Shown here: piece after piece, positions 18,426 through 28,773 of the stretch
Numbering within the stretch: the first letter of the stretch is position 1
Layout: the number at the start of each line of letters is the position of its first letter
Origin: an uncultured bacterium
Lineage (GTDB): Bacteria; Babelota; Babeliae; Babelales; Babelaceae
Direction of reading: 5' to 3'
DNA: 64,000 nt
Assembly: GCA_963717435.1 (NCBI GenBank)
Contig: OY970332.1
Coordinates: forward strand, 224,001-288,000
Notes under the pieces: generated by a model
Database searches by the model: none
What the model was told of the DNA's origin: nothing
The model's input: only the letters and a program-made list of their open reading frames with translations
Position numbers and translations under genes: made by a program

Positions 18426-19436
18426 CTAGTTGTTGTCCCGTTTCTGCTTTTCTATAGCTTCATCAAATAATTTCTTAATCTCTTCAATCGCGCTTAATTC
18501 AGTTATATCATACCTGTCCATTCTATATAACATTAGTGAGTCAGCATATTGCGAACTTATCTTTAAAATGTCATAAGGCGTTAGCACTGACTTCTTTTTA
18601 GGGGAATTGCAATGATAAGAAAGTTCAATAGGAGAACTTAATTCTAATAATGGGTCGGCTCCATGTTGCAAAAACAATTTTATTCTTTCAATATAATATT
18701 TTGAATGGCGGCGACACAAAAAATCAAATACCAACTGAAAAAGTGGCGACATCAAAGGCAAGGGCTTTGGTTTGAATTGATCCGAAATACTAACCATGGA
18801 CTCACAGGGCATATTTGGATCTGCACCTAATGCGAATGCAAATTCAACTACGGGCTCAGAAGTTTTTAATAACATTCTAGCAACATCTTCTCGTGTTAGA
18901 TAAAATTTGGCCCAATTATAAGCCTTTAAGTTAGTTGCAGTTGTTAATAACTTCGTGGAATAATAAGATTCACCAAGTTTTTTTCTTAAAATTCCGTCCA
19001 TTATGTCAGCTTTAAATTGCTTATAACTGTAATTTTTTATTTTCTTTTCAGCACCAATTTTATCAACCCAAGATTTAACGGCTTTTCTTAACCCTGCCTG
19101 AGCTTGAACTTTTTTAAGATCGATTTCGGCTTCACATTTAGAATCTTCTGCGCTGGATTCTTTTGCCTTTTTAGGATACATCATCAAATCCGTGATTCTA
19201 AATATTTCTGCTTCTGTTTTGCCAAACGGGTTAATCAGGCCCACTTCTATAATTTTGGTCCAAATATTTTGCGACAATGGCTTTGTTTCTTTTTCCCCAA
19301 GTTTGCCACCACCAATATAACTTGCGGGTTTGTATGGTTCTGAACTTGGTTTTGCTGAACTTGCGCCCTCTTCCATAGAGACAGAATCGATAAAAATTAT
19401 GCTTAAAATTAAAGCTAGATATCTTAAAACTTTCAT
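18426..19436 (-). CDS. Secreted protein with degenerate ankyrin-like motifs; tandem paralog of 17240-18277
   Basis: N-terminal ~140 aa closely match the neighbour; ALGADPN and LFLQHGADP. Confidence 0.75.
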   Translation of the reverse strand: MKVLRYLALILSIIFIDSVSMEEGASSAKPSSEPYKPASYIGGGKLGEKETKPLSQNIWTKIIEVGLINPFGKTEAEIFRITDLMMYPKKAKESSAEDSKCEAEIDLKKVQAQAGLRKAVKSWVDKIGAEKKIKNYSYKQFKADIMDGILRKKLGESYYSTKLLTTATNLKAYNWAKFYLTREDVARMLLKTSEPVVEFAFALGADPNMPCESMVSISDQFKPKPLPLMSPLFQLVFDFLCRRHSKYYIERIKLFLQHGADPLLELSSPIELSYHCNSPKKKSVLTPYDILKISSQYADSLMLYRMDRYDITELSAIEEIKKLFDEAIEKQKRDNN

Positions 19437-19502
19437 GAATACCTAAATAAATATTACAAAGATTGATAACTAAATTTACTATCTAATAAAATAAAAGTTA
19501 AG

Positions 19503-19553
19503 TAAGCACACTTCTTCGCATTAGCTCAGTCGGGCACTCACCACGAGCGCTTA
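19503..19553 (-). repeat. Degenerate or partial copy of the palindromic element
   Basis: Reverse complement: taagcgctcgtggtgagtgcccgactgagctaatgcgaagaagtgtgctta. Shares gagtgcccgac with copy 12; the right arm is lost. Confidence 0.65.
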
Positions 19554-19591
19554 TAAAAATGCTGTAAATATAATTTTTTCAAAAATTCTGA

Positions 19592-22500
19592 CTACGGCTT
19601 TTCTTCGAAGTTTGGCATGCTGCCGGAAGTGACACGCAAGATACGTGTAGGCTGTGCAATTTCGATGCCATTCTTCTTCATAAGTTTAACAAGCTCGAAT
19701 CTAATCTCTGAAGATATTTCCCATTGCTCCAGAACTTTGTCAGGACTCAAAAACCCACGAATTAAAAATAAAAACCCGTTTTCGGTAAAATCATTAAGTT
19801 GAACTATAGGCGGTGGGTTTTTTAGTATATGCGGATTTGAAGTAAGAACTTTAAGCATAATCTCTTTTACTTTGGCAGGATCAAGATTATATGGGACCGT
19901 AATTAAGATATCGTTAAAAGCAAAGAAAGACCGTGAAACGTTCCAGTTAAATACCGGTCTTACTATCAAGTGAGAATTTGGCACAACTATAGTGACGCTA
20001 TTTTTTTTGCGCAACATAACAGATCTTGGTGTTATGTGTCTGACAATACCGGAAATCTGATCGTCGATCATAATATAGTCCCCAATTTTGATTGGACGCT
20101 GAACTAAAATAATAAAATAAGATATTACGTCGCTTACAGGCTCTTTCATTGCAAACGCGATACCACCGGCAAGCGCTGCAATATACCATAGAGTCGAACT
20201 CATGCCAGCGTTCTGTATGCCGATTAATATTGCAAGTATCACAATAAAATATCTTGTTAATGTAAGCAGCATGCTTTGAATTCCAGTGCTTACGAGTAAA
20301 AGCGTAAATATGCGTTGCAAGATAAATCTATTAACAACGTAAGCTATTAAAACACCAGTTGCGCCGAACATGATTATCTTGAAAAATGAAAACGGCGTTA
20401 CTTCTATACGTTTTCCTGATGTATCATAACCCGCTATTGGCAACTCTTTGTTTATCCAATCTGAGATTTCATTAAATGTTATTGTATTTCCCCAGATTCT
20501 TGCAGCGATTATAAAGCCAAGAACAGCGAAACAGATAAACATCGAAATCACAAAAAGACCGTACCAAGATTTACTTGAACTGAACCGCTCTTTTACAACT
20601 TCACCGTCGTTATAGAAAAATAAATCAGATGCGCCCCGCTTGAAAAAGTTCTGAACAAAAGAGAACATCGGGAATAATAGTAGCGTAATAAATATACGGG
20701 ACAAGAAATAAAATACTTGTCTGCCAAATCCAACATACGGGTTGGACATGATTATCACGACAACGATAAAAGCAACAAATAAGTAATAATATTTTTTGAC
20801 ATGTTCATGAACCCATTCCCATAGTGGCGTATTAGTTGGAACGATAGCCAGAATCTGTTCGCGGCCAATCAAGAAAATCAACGAGACCTGCAATATTATA
20901 AAGTTTATTGCTATTAATACCGTCGGTACGTCTGAGTGTGGATAGTTGCCAAGCAAGAACGCGAGCCTGAAAAGCTGCAATATCGCGGTGCCATAAAGCA
21001 GCCCAGAAACAACAACAATAAATCTGCGTTGATATCCCTGGTTTAAGATGATATAGCCACGACTCTCGTTTACCTGAACAATATAATCGATAAACTTGTT
21101 GATCATATAGATCAAGTAAATTATGGATCCCAGATAGAAAATTATGCTGTAATATGGGCTAAATATTCCTGAAAACCTGAAAGCCAAAAATAATATTAGC
21201 CAACTATATAAAGATTTAAAGTGTATGATCACAAAATCTAATAATATGGCCAGAGCATGCATTAAATAGCCAACAGACTGATTCTCTTCACCAATTTTAT
21301 AGACGTATAACTTTAAATCGGGCAAATATCTTTCGCCCGCAAAAAATAGTCCCAAAGTTAGAAACAAAAACATTAAGAAATATAAAAAATATACTGGGCG
21401 CGCAAGATAGATATAAATATTTTTGATTAAATCAGTAAAACTAAATTTAGAAATTCGCTTGATACTAATTTTGCTTAAATCCCTAAAGAAGAGATCAATA
21501 TCGGGAATAAAATTAACGATTCTGTTAAATAGCGCCTCGTTTGCTGATCTCCAAAAACTTTTTGTTGAAAGTTCAGCAACGACGTTATCGATTTTTTTCA
21601 TTCCAGAGCTAATTAACAAAATATTTGCAGAATAAGCTTCAGCTATTTTTGAAATAGAATCTATTCGCATTTTCATCTGCTCTTCTGCATTATTTAATAA
21701 TGCCAGACACTCTGTGTAATCCCCAGAGTTTTCTCTAAATACTGTGTCTCTTTCTTGAAAAATAGATTTAATTTTCGATTTAAGCTTTTCAACTGTAGAA
21801 TTAAGAGAATTTAGAAGATGCAAAATAGAGTTTCTTTTTTCAATATTTGCCGCAAGCTCGGTAGAAAATTCAGCTTTTAAACTATTATAAGATTTAATCT
21901 CTTGATCGATTTCTTCGTCGTTAGAAAGCTCAAACGACCCTGAGGTCATCTTGTGCCATGATCTTAATATCTTATTTTTCAACTCTTCTTGCTTAAATTT
22001 CGATTTTTCAATATCGATTTGTGAATCAAGATAATCTTTTTGAGTTTCCAGAAGCGCATTATGATTCAAAATATTACCCAAAGAACATAAACCCGCCCAT
22101 GATATTAAAGTTTTTGGGTCAAAGGTCCATTCAGAAATCGAGTTAATATCAGCTTGTGAAAAGTCAAACCTTTTTGCAGCCGCCGCTATCTGGTTTTTGA
22201 TGTCATTTTTTACGGCCATCACGACTCTGATTTTCTCTTGTATTCTTTCTTGATTGGACAGAGATTCTTGGCGGCTTCGCTCCAGTGCAGAATTTGATTG
22301 GGATATAATATTTTCGTCGATACGAATTATTTTTTTAACTCGCTCATATTCAGATTTTACTAATGCAGTTTGTTGTACCGAAATTTCGATTTGCGATCTA
22401 ATTAAAGACTCTTTAAAATCATCTTCTGTTGCCTTAAGATCAGCTAATTCTTTTTTTACTGCCCAAAGTTTTTCGTTTTCATCAAGCAACATACCTTGAT

Positions 22501-23191
22501 CTTGCAAACGGGTGCCCCCAGAAACTTTTTTCGATTTTGATGCAAAATCTTCTTGTAGCCGTTTTTTTTCTTTATATTCTTGGGCCACTATCGCCTGAGT
22601 TTTTTTTCTATTATTAAGGTCAACCAAATTTGTTTGTTTTTTCTCTTCAAGCGCAGCAAGCTTTTCTTCATATTCAAATCTTCTTGAACTTAATTCTTGA
22701 AGGTCATCAAACGTATAATAAGCTTTTACTGGTACTTTTAATTTTTTAAAGTCAGGATCTTCTTTATATTCTAAAAGCAGTTTTATATGCTCGTCTAAGA
22801 TATTTACGCACTGTTGCTGTGCTTGATCAAGCTCGATCAAAATCTGATATTTTTGGTTTAGAATAGATATCTTATGCTTCAAAATATCCTGTTGGTCGTA
22901 GCTTAAATATCTAAGTCTTTCTTTGCAAGAGACAATTTCATTATTTAGAGAATCTATATGAGCAGCAATTTGTTCTTTTGTTATAAGGCCAGCTTTGTCA
23001 GCCTCTAAGTTTTTAAGGCGTTTCTCTATTGTATCGGAAAAATTTACCACTTCTGTTTTTTCACCTGGCAAAAATGGCATCAGCGCATTCATGTCAGAGT
23101 TTATATTAGCAACCTGGGCAACAGTCGCTAATATCAGAAACCTGAAAAGTTTTCCTAAAAGTTTATTGGGGTAAATCTTACTTTTTTTCAT
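19592..23191 (-). CDS. Large MscS-family mechanosensitive channel (MscK-like architecture)
   Basis: Long coiled-coil periplasmic region, multiple TM helices, C-terminal ILVQRPIKIGDYI...VVPNS. Confidence 0.9.
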   Translation of the reverse strand: MKKSKIYPNKLLGKLFRFLILATVAQVANINSDMNALMPFLPGEKTEVVNFSDTIEKRLKNLEADKAGLITKEQIAAHIDSLNNEIVSCKERLRYLSYDQQDILKHKISILNQKYQILIELDQAQQQCVNILDEHIKLLLEYKEDPDFKKLKVPVKAYYTFDDLQELSSRRFEYEEKLAALEEKKQTNLVDLNNRKKTQAIVAQEYKEKKRLQEDFASKSKKVSGGTRLQDQGMLLDENEKLWAVKKELADLKATEDDFKESLIRSQIEISVQQTALVKSEYERVKKIIRIDENIISQSNSALERSRQESLSNQERIQEKIRVVMAVKNDIKNQIAAAAKRFDFSQADINSISEWTFDPKTLISWAGLCSLGNILNHNALLETQKDYLDSQIDIEKSKFKQEELKNKILRSWHKMTSGSFELSNDEEIDQEIKSYNSLKAEFSTELAANIEKRNSILHLLNSLNSTVEKLKSKIKSIFQERDTVFRENSGDYTECLALLNNAEEQMKMRIDSISKIAEAYSANILLISSGMKKIDNVVAELSTKSFWRSANEALFNRIVNFIPDIDLFFRDLSKISIKRISKFSFTDLIKNIYIYLARPVYFLYFLMFLFLTLGLFFAGERYLPDLKLYVYKIGEENQSVGYLMHALAILLDFVIIHFKSLYSWLILFLAFRFSGIFSPYYSIIFYLGSIIYLIYMINKFIDYIVQVNESRGYIILNQGYQRRFIVVVSGLLYGTAILQLFRLAFLLGNYPHSDVPTVLIAINFIILQVSLIFLIGREQILAIVPTNTPLWEWVHEHVKKYYYLFVAFIVVVIIMSNPYVGFGRQVFYFLSRIFITLLLFPMFSFVQNFFKRGASDLFFYNDGEVVKERFSSSKSWYGLFVISMFICFAVLGFIIAARIWGNTITFNEISDWINKELPIAGYDTSGKRIEVTPFSFFKIIMFGATGVLIAYVVNRFILQRIFTLLLVSTGIQSMLLTLTRYFIVILAILIGIQNAGMSSTLWYIAALAGGIAFAMKEPVSDVISYFIILVQRPIKIGDYIMIDDQISGIVRHITPRSVMLRKKNSVTIVVPNSHLIVRPVFNWNVSRSFFAFNDILITVPYNLDPAKVKEIMLKVLTSNPHILKNPPPIVQLNDFTENGFLFLIRGFLSPDKVLEQWEISSEIRFELVKLMKKNGIEIAQPTRILRVTSGSMPNFEEKP

Positions 23192-23804
23192 GTCTATCCA
23201 TATTCTTTAAGAAATTTGTTAAGAAAAAAGTCGTATTAAATTTGGAAGCTCTTGGATGAATAATAGTACAATCCAGCAACCAATGTGTAAGCTCTGCGTG
23301 AATCTTTTCATCACATTCTCTATCTAACATAATATCGATAGGGGAGCAAATCAAGTGCCTAAGGGTCGGGCTATAAGAACTGATATTCTCGTTTGCAACT
23401 CCAGTTAAGTCGAAAAATTTTGCCAAAAATATCTTTTTGGTAAAGCAGTTTTTTAGAGTATCGGGCACGGTATACAAAAGAAGTAGTAGATCAAAAATCT
23501 CTCTTGCCGGCTGATTAACTGACAAAAAATTGTAGCACAGCTCAAGAACATGGTGCAAAAACAGAATATCTTCTTTGGCCAGTTCCATAGGAGCTGCAAG
23601 TAATTCTATATCAGAAGCGATATAAATATTATTAAATTTGGCCAAATTATATTTTATTAGCCCGCCATTAACACTGGCCCGTCTTTTCTTGTCAAACTTT
23701 ATAATCAGCTCTATCTTGCCAAGATCCCGATCCAAGACAGATATGTTTTTTTTACCGGATCCGGCCCCATAAAGCATGATCCCCGAATAACTCTTTAGGT
23801 CCAA
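23178..23804 (-). CDS. Probable DNA repair protein RecO-like
   Basis: N-terminal GIML...ISVLDRDLGKI resembles the RecO OB-fold, followed by a helical domain. The motif match is weak. Confidence 0.5.
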   Translation of the reverse strand: MDLKSYSGIMLYGAGSGKKNISVLDRDLGKIELIIKFDKKRRASVNGGLIKYNLAKFNNIYIASDIELLAAPMELAKEDILFLHHVLELCYNFLSVNQPAREIFDLLLLLYTVPDTLKNCFTKKIFLAKFFDLTGVANENISSYSPTLRHLICSPIDIMLDRECDEKIHAELTHWLLDCTIIHPRASKFNTTFFLTNFLKNMDRHEKK

Positions 23805-23845
23805 TTTATTACTTTATTATTAGTATTATTAATTTTAAACAAAAA

Positions 23846-23868
23846 TTCCCGGCTTTTTACACCGGGAA
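23846..23868 (-). terminator. Intrinsic terminator downstream of thioredoxin
   Basis: ttcccgg...ccgggaa with a T-tract on the minus strand. Confidence 0.6.
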
Positions 23869-23899
23869 CATATATAAATATATATTAAATTATTTATTA

Positions 23900-24439
23900 T
23901 TATTTACAAGATTTGCATGAAGAGCAGCCTCTTGATTTTCTACCCCTTTTTGCCGGAGCAGGTGCCGCTTCAGGCGCAGGAGCCGCAACAACTGGCGTAG
24001 CTTGTTGCATTGCAGGCATAGATCTTGTTGCTGCACCGCCGGCACCAGAGTTGTATTTATTAATTTTTGATTTCATTAACTCCAGGGTTCCTGCAGAAAA
24101 GCCCGTTGTTGAATCGACTTTCTTTCCATCTACAAAAAATACAACAGTCGGGTAACCTTGAACCTGATACTTGCCAGTCAAACCTGCTGGCTCAGAAACA
24201 CTGGACTCAATCTTGTAAAAACCGACATCTTGAAACTCGTTTGAAAGTTTTTCATAATGGGGGGCCAACTGCTTACATGGTCCACACTTTACCCAATGAA
24301 AATCAACAACAACCAGTCCTGGCGCATTGGTAACTTTATTGTTAAAATCTGCCTGAGTTGTTATTTCAGTAACAACAGCAAAAATACTCGCGCTAAAAGC
24401 AGAAATTAATAGTGAAAATAGTAAATTTTTACTCAACAT
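23900..24439 (-). CDS. Secreted thioredoxin with low-complexity basic/Cys-rich tail
   Basis: Signal peptide, VVVDFHWVKCGPCK, GYPT. Confidence 0.88.
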   Translation of the reverse strand: MLSKNLLFSLLISAFSASIFAVVTEITTQADFNNKVTNAPGLVVVDFHWVKCGPCKQLAPHYEKLSNEFQDVGFYKIESSVSEPAGLTGKYQVQGYPTVVFFVDGKKVDSTTGFSAGTLELMKSKINKYNSGAGGAATRSMPAMQQATPVVAAPAPEAAPAPAKRGRKSRGCSSCKSCK

Positions 24440-24633
24440 ACAAAAAACCCTTTCTTAAAAAATTTATATACGTATTTAGGCTAGCAGTTAGATAAAAGTA
24501 CCGCAAGCTAAAAATTTATTTGAAATAAGCCCACACAAATTATTCTAATTGAAATAATTACTGGTAGAACCGGCCACCGCTACACATATTCATAAATTCT
24601 GCTATATTTAAAGCAATAATAGTTATTATAGAT

Positions 24634-26037
24634 ATGTCTAAATATATTAACGAATTGGAAAATATGTTTCTTTTAGCACTAGTATTATCTCTGGGTTTTA
24701 ATATATTTTCTAAAGAAAACCTGCAGCAAGACTCAGATAGCGGCCTAAAAACGAGTATCCCACACTCAGCTGACTCTAATCAAACAAAAACCGCTCAAGA
24801 AATAAAAATTAAAAACAAAAAAATTCTTATTCTATATAGCGATGGTGGCTCCTGCCATAAAGCTGCGACTGCTGCATTAAAAGAGCTATTAGACGGCTGC
24901 AATTATGACATACATTCTGTCAACTTTTTCAAAGATGTGGCCGGTTCTATCGATACCGTAAAATCATTAACGTTTGGCTATATATCTTGCGAAGATGCTT
25001 ATAACAAAATGCTCAGTAATGGCTGGAATACCCTGGTTAATTATTATGCAATGGGGCTTGCCCCGATTTTGATGGAATGGAAAGAAAATGACATCAAAAC
25101 GCTCGCAAAAGATTACTTCAAAAACTTTGGTGTTGATTTAGTAATATCCACCATCCCCATGATAAACCACAGTGCGGGCATGGCGGCAAAAGAATTAAAT
25201 ATTCCCTATATTATTTTGACCCTAGATTGCGAGCTTAAAACCTGGCTTTATGGCTTTTCAAAACCTGATTTTTATGAAAAAATGTCGATAACCTTATGGA
25301 ACGACAATCCACAAACAAGAGAACGCCTTAAAGAGCATTTTGTTCCGGAAAATAAGATTAGGCATATAGGGTTCCCTGTAAGAAAGCAGTTTTTTGAAAA
25401 GAAAAACATCTCAGAACTGAAAAAAACTTACGGCGTACCTGAAGACAAATTTGTCATAATGATAATGATTGGTGGAGCGGGCGGGACAGCAACTTATAGA
25501 TATGCAAAAAAGATTATTTCTATGAACATACCTGTGCATATTATAGCATGCGCGGGGAAAAACGAACGAATAATAAGAAAGCTTAATAGACTCAAGCCCA
25601 ACAACCAAGTTTCGATAACTTCTTTGGGGTTCACGCAAAATATATCTGATATCATGGCAATCTCTAATTTACTAGTAACAAAACCTGGCCCGGGCACGCT
25701 AAACGAAGCTATACAGATGGAACTGCCAGTTTTGATAGACTCAACAGGAACGGCCCTATTTTGGGAAAAACCCCATATTGATCTAATAAAAAACAATAAT
25801 TTTGGCGACTCTTTCTCAAATATTCAAGAATTCGAGTCTAAAATTTTAGAACTTATCTCAAAGCCCAAAGAAGAAATTAAAAGCATATATGCAAATAAAT
25901 CCAAAATCACTCCTGCGATTACAAGAGAAAAGCTGGTAAATTTAATCGAAGAATCTTTTAGCCCCCTTTTATCACGGCAATTGGTTTCAACTTCGCAACC
26001 CTGCTTGCAAGCCCCAGACTGGACACAACCTCAATAA
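24634..26037 (+). CDS. GT28 diacylglycerol glycosyltransferase (MGDG synthase/UgtP-like)
   Basis: SDGGSCHKAA, GFPVRKQF, IGGAGG, CAGKNE, LGFT, TKPGPGTLNEA. Confidence 0.85.
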   Translation: MSKYINELENMFLLALVLSLGFNIFSKENLQQDSDSGLKTSIPHSADSNQTKTAQEIKIKNKKILILYSDGGSCHKAATAALKELLDGCNYDIHSVNFFKDVAGSIDTVKSLTFGYISCEDAYNKMLSNGWNTLVNYYAMGLAPILMEWKENDIKTLAKDYFKNFGVDLVISTIPMINHSAGMAAKELNIPYIILTLDCELKTWLYGFSKPDFYEKMSITLWNDNPQTRERLKEHFVPENKIRHIGFPVRKQFFEKKNISELKKTYGVPEDKFVIMIMIGGAGGTATYRYAKKIISMNIPVHIIACAGKNERIIRKLNRLKPNNQVSITSLGFTQNISDIMAISNLLVTKPGPGTLNEAIQMELPVLIDSTGTALFWEKPHIDLIKNNNFGDSFSNIQEFESKILELISKPKEEIKSIYANKSKITPAITREKLVNLIEESFSPLLSRQLVSTSQPCLQAPDWTQPQ

Positions 26038-27385
26038 CATCCTCAACATCTTTATAAGCTGATGGCGCTTCTTCGGCAAGTCCCGGATCTGAATCGCATT
26101 TTATTATTATGCCCTGTGATTCTAAATCTTTTCTTAATTCTGTGCCTCTAACAGTTTTTTTGGCTTTAATTCTTGACAGCCGTCTGCCTGCGCCATGGCA
26201 ACATGACCCAAATGACTGCTCCATAGAACTTTCGGTTCCAGAAAGTACATAAGACGAAGTTCCCATTGTTCCGGGAATCAATACGGGCTGACCAGGAAAG
26301 GATCTTGTTGCTCCTTTTCTATGTACTATCAACTCTTTTTGTTTGCCATTAATTTCATGAATCTCTTTTTTGCCAATATTATGAGAGACATCATAAACAG
26401 TTTTTACCAATATCCCAGACCCAAAAACTTTGGAAAAAGATTCCCTAACTTGGTGACCAATAACATGTCTATTTGCCCAGGCAAAATTGGCGCAGGCTGC
26501 CATCGCGTCAAAATATTGTTGCCCTTCTTTACTATTAAATGGCGCACAGGCAAGTTCAGGATCTGGTAGTTTTATTTTCCACTTTTCTAAGTTTGGCAAC
26601 ATATTTTTTACATAATCCGTGCATGTTTGGTGCCCGAGCCCACGTGAGCCACAATGAATCATAATTGTAACTTGATCTTTTTTTATACCAAAAATTTGCG
26701 CAGCAGCTTCATCAAAAATTTCTTCAACATACTGGATCTCCAAAAAATGGTTCCCGGAACCCAGTGTGCCTAGTTGGTCATAACCCCGTTGCTTTGCTTT
26801 ATCGCTTACCAAATCTGGGTTTGCATTTTTTAACACACCATTTTCTTCGCAATTTTCGATATCAGAATCTATGCCGTAGCCCAAAGAAAGTAACCTAGGC
26901 GCACCGCCAGATAAAACTTTATCTAGCTCTTTGTCTTTAATTTTAATTCTACCGCCCCGACCAATGCCTGATGGCACAGCGTGAAAAAGTTCTGTTGCCA
27001 AATCTTCTAACTTTAATTTAATCTCTTGGGCGCTAATATTTGCAGTTAATAATCTCACACCGCAGTTAATATCGTAACCAATCCCACCCGGCGATATCAC
27101 ACCGCCGTTATTTATGTCCATAGCAGCCACGCCCCCTATGGGAAAGCCATATCCTTGATGAATATCTGGCATTGCGTAGGCAAATTTTTGTATCCCCGGC
27201 AACGTTGCTACGTTGGCTATTTGGATTAGCGACCTGTCATCTAAGATATCTTCAAGCATTTTTTCACTTGTGAATATTCTTGCCGGCACCCGCATATTTT
27301 CATTAAAACTTTTGGGTATATCAAAAACATACTTGCCCGATTTTAACAACATCTCTTTTGTTATTTCACCCATAATTTTTCCCAA
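25958..27385 (-). CDS. rtcB: RtcB RNA ligase
   Basis: MPDIHQGYGFPIGG, GYDINCGVR, GSGNHFLE, HCGSRG, DVSHN, HRKGAT, HGAGR. Confidence 0.97.
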   Translation of the reverse strand: MGKIMGEITKEMLLKSGKYVFDIPKSFNENMRVPARIFTSEKMLEDILDDRSLIQIANVATLPGIQKFAYAMPDIHQGYGFPIGGVAAMDINNGGVISPGGIGYDINCGVRLLTANISAQEIKLKLEDLATELFHAVPSGIGRGGRIKIKDKELDKVLSGGAPRLLSLGYGIDSDIENCEENGVLKNANPDLVSDKAKQRGYDQLGTLGSGNHFLEIQYVEEIFDEAAAQIFGIKKDQVTIMIHCGSRGLGHQTCTDYVKNMLPNLEKWKIKLPDPELACAPFNSKEGQQYFDAMAACANFAWANRHVIGHQVRESFSKVFGSGILVKTVYDVSHNIGKKEIHEINGKQKELIVHRKGATRSFPGQPVLIPGTMGTSSYVLSGTESSMEQSFGSCCHGAGRRLSRIKAKKTVRGTELRKDLESQGIIIKCDSDPGLAEEAPSAYKDVEDVIEVVSSLGLASRVAKLKPIAVIKGG

Positions 27386-27550
27386 TAAAATAAGTAAAAA
27401 TTAAAAATAATTTTATATAACTCTAATTAACTTATTATTATTTTATAAACTTGTTTATCAATATAAATGTTCGTAAACTAATACAATCAGATTTGATAAA
27501 AATTTTAGTCTCTCTAGATTCTATGAACCAAACTTAAAAAACTAAAGCCC

Positions 27551-28744
27551 ATGAATAAAATAATTTTAGTTATTCTTATTATATTTTCTAGAAACATATT
27601 GGGCATGGAAAGTGCTGAAGATTCCGTGAAATTTACTGAAAGATCGCCGCTTCTGAACCATGTGGTCGTAAATATCCCCAGCCAAAAAAAATCTAGTTCT
27701 TCGCCAAAAAATTTTAATAATAAAATTGATTTTAATAATATAAAAACTGACAAAGATTTTATAGATTTACTACCCATCGAAATTTGGCACGAAGTGCTTG
27801 AATACATAGATATTAAAAATAAAGAAAATTTAGGAATTTTATATTTTTTCGCGCCGAGAATTGGGTTCCCGCCAAAATTGGTTAAGTCTCTTGCAATTAA
27901 TCTTGGCAACTGTGCAGCAATAAAATCTCCAACTCTTGACGATTGGGAAGACAAGATCAATAATCCGTGTAAAAGCTGGGGTAATTTAAAAAAATACAAA
28001 CAATATTCTGCAACAGCAAAAAAATCACGGGAATTAATAAAAAAACATTTAAAAGATATAAACAGTGAATTTTTGGACAAAATAAAAACTATAGACAGCG
28101 CTTTATCTTCAAACAATAAATCAAAAGAAGATTTGGAACAGTTCTGGAATAGCTTCTGGCAAGACTATGAATATAAAATTGCAGCAATACTTGGATTAAC
28201 AAATATACTTTACCCAGATTTGGACGAATCCGATGGGCCAGACTTTTCTAACTGCGCAGAAAAGGATTTAAAAAAAGCATATATAGAGATACAAAAGATC
28301 TTGTTACTTGGAAAGCGTAAAATTATTGTTACAAGCTACAAAGCTATTGGTGTGATTATTTTGCTGTTTGTAGCTATACCGATATTGGCGGGATTATTTG
28401 TTGGAATAATGAAAGACGACATTGGACTGGGATTCGTGGCAGCTGGGTCAGAATTTGGCCTGGGACTTCTTTTTGTTATTACCTGGTTCAGGAAGAACGT
28501 CAATGTGACAACATCGGCTTTGAGATCTATAATAAATTTATTGTGCAATAAAAAAACTAACCAGTTCGATATTAAATTATCCAGAAATTTAATACTCGCA
28601 GAAATGGATCTTAAAAAATTAATTAAAAATCCTGATAAAATCGAGGCTTATCAAGATATTTTTGAAGAAGAAAAAAATCTAGATAAAATTTTAATTGAAG
28701 CATTAAATGGGCCGGATATTGTGAATGAAGCAGTTTTAGCTTAG
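27551..28744 (+). CDS. Secreted/membrane protein with F-box-like motif
   Basis: Signal-like N-terminus ending LG|ME; LLPIEIWHEVLEYID; two TM helices near the C-terminus. Confidence 0.65.
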   Translation: MNKIILVILIIFSRNILGMESAEDSVKFTERSPLLNHVVVNIPSQKKSSSSPKNFNNKIDFNNIKTDKDFIDLLPIEIWHEVLEYIDIKNKENLGILYFFAPRIGFPPKLVKSLAINLGNCAAIKSPTLDDWEDKINNPCKSWGNLKKYKQYSATAKKSRELIKKHLKDINSEFLDKIKTIDSALSSNNKSKEDLEQFWNSFWQDYEYKIAAILGLTNILYPDLDESDGPDFSNCAEKDLKKAYIEIQKILLLGKRKIIVTSYKAIGVIILLFVAIPILAGLFVGIMKDDIGLGFVAAGSEFGLGLLFVITWFRKNVNVTTSALRSIINLLCNKKTNQFDIKLSRNLILAEMDLKKLIKNPDKIEAYQDIFEEEKNLDKILIEALNGPDIVNEAVLA

Positions 28745-28773
28745 ACATAAAACATGGCGCAGGTTAAATCAAT

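Noticed and set aside
27514-28116. 200-aa minus-strand ORF and similar antisense ORFs (12303, 17391, 30378, 41059, 57578)
   Set aside because: Fully overlap better-supported genes on the opposite strand and have shadow-like composition.
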